The notes below the pieces were generated by a model. It worked only from the letters and a program-made list of their open reading frames with translations, ran no database searches and was not told the DNA's origin. Source: Promethearchaeota archaeon (lineage in GTDB: Archaea; Asgardarchaeota; Lokiarchaeia; Sigyniarchaeales; SOKP01). From it: DNA of 52,312 nt. Made by a program: the position numbers and the translations under genes. Of the stretch, positions 49,449 to 52,312 are shown piece after piece. The stretch spans positions 1-52,312 of the forward strand of contig JAEOSU010000028.1 in assembly GCA_016840165.1 (NCBI GenBank). The letters run 5' to 3'. Position 1 is the stretch's first letter, and each line of letters starts with the position of its first letter.

Positions 49449-50219
49449 ATGGAAGAAATAGTATTGTATGAAAAACAGGGTGATATTGGAAAAATCACGT
49501 TAAATAAGCCAGATAAACGCAATACAATTGATTTAAAATTACTTAAATTATTAATTGAGAAATTTAATCTAAGTGCAATAAATAATGATACTTGTGTTAT
49601 TTATGGGGCTGAAGGTAAGCATTTTACTGTGGGGGCCGATTTAAAGTATGGATATGAACTACTCACCAATAAAGACCGAATGGAAGAGGCTGTTGAATTT
49701 TTGGAATCATGGCAAACTTTAACTCGAGCTATGGTAGCTCATCCGGGAATTATAATAGCTGGGCTCCATGGTTGGGTTATTGGAGGGGGTTTTGAGCACA
49801 CGCTTTTTTGCGATTTACGCATTGCTTCCGATGATACAAAAATTATGCTCCCGGAATTAGGAGTAGGATTATTCTTTTCTAATGCCTCAACAAAATTATT
49901 ACCAAGGATAATTGGAGAGGCTCGAGCAAAAGAACTTATGATTCTTGGTGAAGAATTAAGTGCCGAAGAAGCGTATAGAATTGGCTTAGTCAATAAACTC
50001 TGCAAGCCTTCTGGTTTGAATAGAACTTTAAACAAAATGGCAAATACGATTATTTCAAAAGATCATCTAGCACTTAAATATGCAAAATCCTTTATTAATG
50101 AGAATCAAGATCTAAGCATTGATTCTGTTCTTGCAAGAGAGTCAATAGCCATGATCACTACTGGAAAATCAGAAGGTTTAAGAACCAGATTAGAAAAATT
50201 TGTTAAAAAAGAGCATTAG
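49449..50219 (+). CDS. Enoyl-CoA hydratase/isomerase family protein
   Basis: LNKPDKRN, FTVGADL, GWVIGGGFE, PELGVG, AEEAYRIGLV. Confidence 0.92.
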   Translation: MEEIVLYEKQGDIGKITLNKPDKRNTIDLKLLKLLIEKFNLSAINNDTCVIYGAEGKHFTVGADLKYGYELLTNKDRMEEAVEFLESWQTLTRAMVAHPGIIIAGLHGWVIGGGFEHTLFCDLRIASDDTKIMLPELGVGLFFSNASTKLLPRIIGEARAKELMILGEELSAEEAYRIGLVNKLCKPSGLNRTLNKMANTIISKDHLALKYAKSFINENQDLSIDSVLARESIAMITTGKSEGLRTRLEKFVKKEH

Positions 50220-50276
50220 ACATTGACTTATAGCTAAATAAATTTGAGGATAATTTAGGTTCTTACTTAAAATATG

Positions 50277-51287
50277 CTACTGAGTTATTATCTCAAAAAT
50301 TTCCTCTAATCTAGGTGTTTTTCTTCTTAAAGTTATACATCTCTCCTCCTCGCAACCTCTTAATATTGCGATTAACTCATTGAGATGGATTGTAGGAATT
50401 TCTAATTTTTCTCCAAACCATTTCTCCATTTTCTCTCTATATTCTGGTTTGCTAAGCGTATATAAGCACGTCGGACAGGGAGTTACCATGAAATCTGCAC
50501 CAACATTTTCAGCACTTTTCAACTTATTAAATGTTATTTTAAGAGCTTCTTTGGGATGAATTACCACTTGACTTGCCCCCCAACCACAACAACTTTCTCG
50601 CTCTTGGTAATCTAAGGGATTTCCTCCAAAAAGTGAAATAAGTTCTTCCAGTTTGGTTTTTGGTTTTAAATATTCATCTATTGTATCTTTATCCCGTGAT
50701 AAATTTAAATAATGACACCCATAGTGTACTGCAACCTTCAAGTTTTTCAAATCATATTTAAGCGCATTTATTAGAGTGTTTTTAATAAGATAAAAAAAGT
50801 CTAAATCATGGACAAATTTTAATTTTAAATCGTTTATAATTTCATATTTTTTCGGATAATTATTACTTGTACTTTTTTTCTTGAGCTGATTTAATATTTC
50901 TTGAGTTTTTCTTCTTACATCGGGAGTATTGAGGAATTCTCGCCCCCTGAGTAAAGAATTATAACACCCATTACAGGAAAATAGAAGGATATCTGCCACA
51001 TTATTAATCTCACTTAAATTTCTCTCATTGATTGCGGCAAATTGAGCCCTTGTGATTAGATTTCTTTGAAAAAAAGTTCCACTACAACATGATTGGTTTT
51101 CACATGTCGCTACATCGAGTCCAACATCTAATAAGAAGTCTTCTATCCCAAATCTGACCCCAGGAAAGTACTTTTCCAAGCATGCTTTAAATAGACATAA
51201 TTTCTTGCCTTTAAAGAAGTCAATTGGCGCTTTGGGGTATAATTTTTCAATTTCCTCTAAATTTAAAGCAAGATTTGTGGTATTCAT
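50277..51287 (-). CDS. hdrB: Heterodisulfide reductase subunit B-like (CCG domains)
   Basis: SCCSG, CNGC, VHYGCH, CCGWG, PCPTC. Confidence 0.85.
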   Translation of the reverse strand: MNTTNLALNLEEIEKLYPKAPIDFFKGKKLCLFKACLEKYFPGVRFGIEDFLLDVGLDVATCENQSCCSGTFFQRNLITRAQFAAINERNLSEINNVADILLFSCNGCYNSLLRGREFLNTPDVRRKTQEILNQLKKKSTSNNYPKKYEIINDLKLKFVHDLDFFYLIKNTLINALKYDLKNLKVAVHYGCHYLNLSRDKDTIDEYLKPKTKLEELISLFGGNPLDYQERESCCGWGASQVVIHPKEALKITFNKLKSAENVGADFMVTPCPTCLYTLSKPEYREKMEKWFGEKLEIPTIHLNELIAILRGCEEERCITLRRKTPRLEEIFEIITQ

Positions 51288-51308
51288 AGTTAATTCAATA
51301 TTATCTCT

Positions 51309-51830
51309 TTACTTTTTACTTTTTTTTGATTTCGTGCTATTTTTACTCGCTTTAAATACATATTTAATTCGAGCAAAATTGCATATCTCATTTAGTTCGT
51401 CTATCCGCTCTTTTGGCAATTTTTTACCAAGAGGTTCGTCCAAGACGACTCCTGTTTTTAAAAATCTTTCTGACATTTCTACATATTTCCGAAGATCATT
51501 GTATTTTGGTCCATAGCCTTTCTTAAAGGATTCATTTCTCAAATTTATGATTAGCAACGGGATATTAATATTTTCCTTAGGACACACTCTCTTACATCGT
51601 TCACATAAGTAACAATACCAAATATCTGAATCTTTTAATACACTTTTATCTCCTCGCAAAACTTTCGCAATAACTTTCCTCACATTGAAGTTTGAGACTT
51701 TTGAGGCAGGGCAATCTCCAACACATTTACCACAGCTAATGCATTGTATGATATTCTTGTTTTCCTCTACATCATCTACAAGTTCCTCATAAAACTCCCA
51801 GTTCCATTCTGAATTAGAAGATTCGTCCAT
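51309..51830 (-). CDS. hdrC: Heterodisulfide reductase subunit C-like
   Basis: CISCGKCVGDCP and IWYCYLCERCKRVCP; adjacent to hdrB. Confidence 0.85.
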   Translation of the reverse strand: MDESSNSEWNWEFYEELVDDVEENKNIIQCISCGKCVGDCPASKVSNFNVRKVIAKVLRGDKSVLKDSDIWYCYLCERCKRVCPKENINIPLLIINLRNESFKKGYGPKYNDLRKYVEMSERFLKTGVVLDEPLGKKLPKERIDELNEICNFARIKYVFKASKNSTKSKKSKK

Positions 51831-52114
51831 AAAATATCTAAATCGTTTTTCTTTACTGAAAACTAAATACTATGAAAGAAACATAATACATTGTAAAAAA
51901 ACTATATTATTTATTTTGATAATCTGGGAGTAAAATCATTGTGTATTTCTTAACCGTATAGATTTTAGAAATAATCTTAAAGCAAAATTAAAATATTTAT
52001 TTAATAATAATACTATTATTAAATTACGCGAAAAAGTTTACAATATAGAAATTAATAGATTACCTTAAAGGATAAGAATTTAATAAATTATAACGATAAT
52101 CTGGTGGCTTTTAA

Positions 52115-52312
52115 ATGGTACTTTATAAAGATGGAGAAGTCTATTTGAAAATTGTGTACTGGGGAATGGCAGGTTCAGGAAAAACTACAATTTTAAAAAC
52201 TTTATATACTCTTACCAAAGAAAATAAAAAAGAAATTGTTCCTATCGGAAATTTACAAACTATACAAAAAGAAAGCGGAGCAACACTTTATTTTGATCGT
52301 GGTTTATTCTAA
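52115..52312 (+). CDS. MglA-like small GTPase, N-terminal part only (stop at window end)
   Basis: LKIVYWGMAGSGKTT, TLYFD. Confidence 0.7.
   Translation: MVLYKDGEVYLKIVYWGMAGSGKTTILKTLYTLTKENKKEIVPIGNLQTIQKESGATLYFDRGLF

Noticed and set aside
422-51516. Numerous 60-140 aa antisense or alternate-frame ORFs inside long genes (e.g. 29234-29656, 40931-41257, 49739-50035)
   Set aside because: Shadow ORFs of well-supported genes, without motifs
1-52312. CRISPR array, IS/transposase, integrase, rRNA or tRNA
   Set aside because: No regularly spaced repeats, recombinase or transposase motifs, or stable-RNA signatures seen by eye

Overview
AT-rich archaeal chromosome segment, most likely an Asgard (Lokiarchaeia-type) archaeon. 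This is inferred from a Rab-like GTPase, an MglA-like GTPase, a gelsolin-domain protein, HEAT and zinc-finger proteins, HdrA-MvhD/HdrB/HdrC and TATA-type promoters. Bases ~1-15.2 kb form a mosaic accessory island: an inactive RadA-like gene with a PIP-like tail, TPR + nuclease-fold, HEPN-like and PD-(D/E)xK genes, a glycosyltransferase, a pseudogene, and two orphan gene 3' ends that look like integration scars. The island ends in a ~750-bp non-coding zone holding two tandem, architecturally matched structured elements (G-U pairs favour minus-strand RNA) and a third possibly pseudoknotted element. From 15.2 kb on the content is mostly metabolic or core: tpl, hypB, aldolase, Hdr, homocysteine synthesis, transporters, a protease and an orphan DNA methyltransferase. 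It also has a tandem pair of Rpn10/Ssl1-like vWA + cross-brace Zn-finger proteins. No tRNA, rRNA, CRISPR array, integrase or transposase was recognised. All calls are by eye from motifs; no searches were run.
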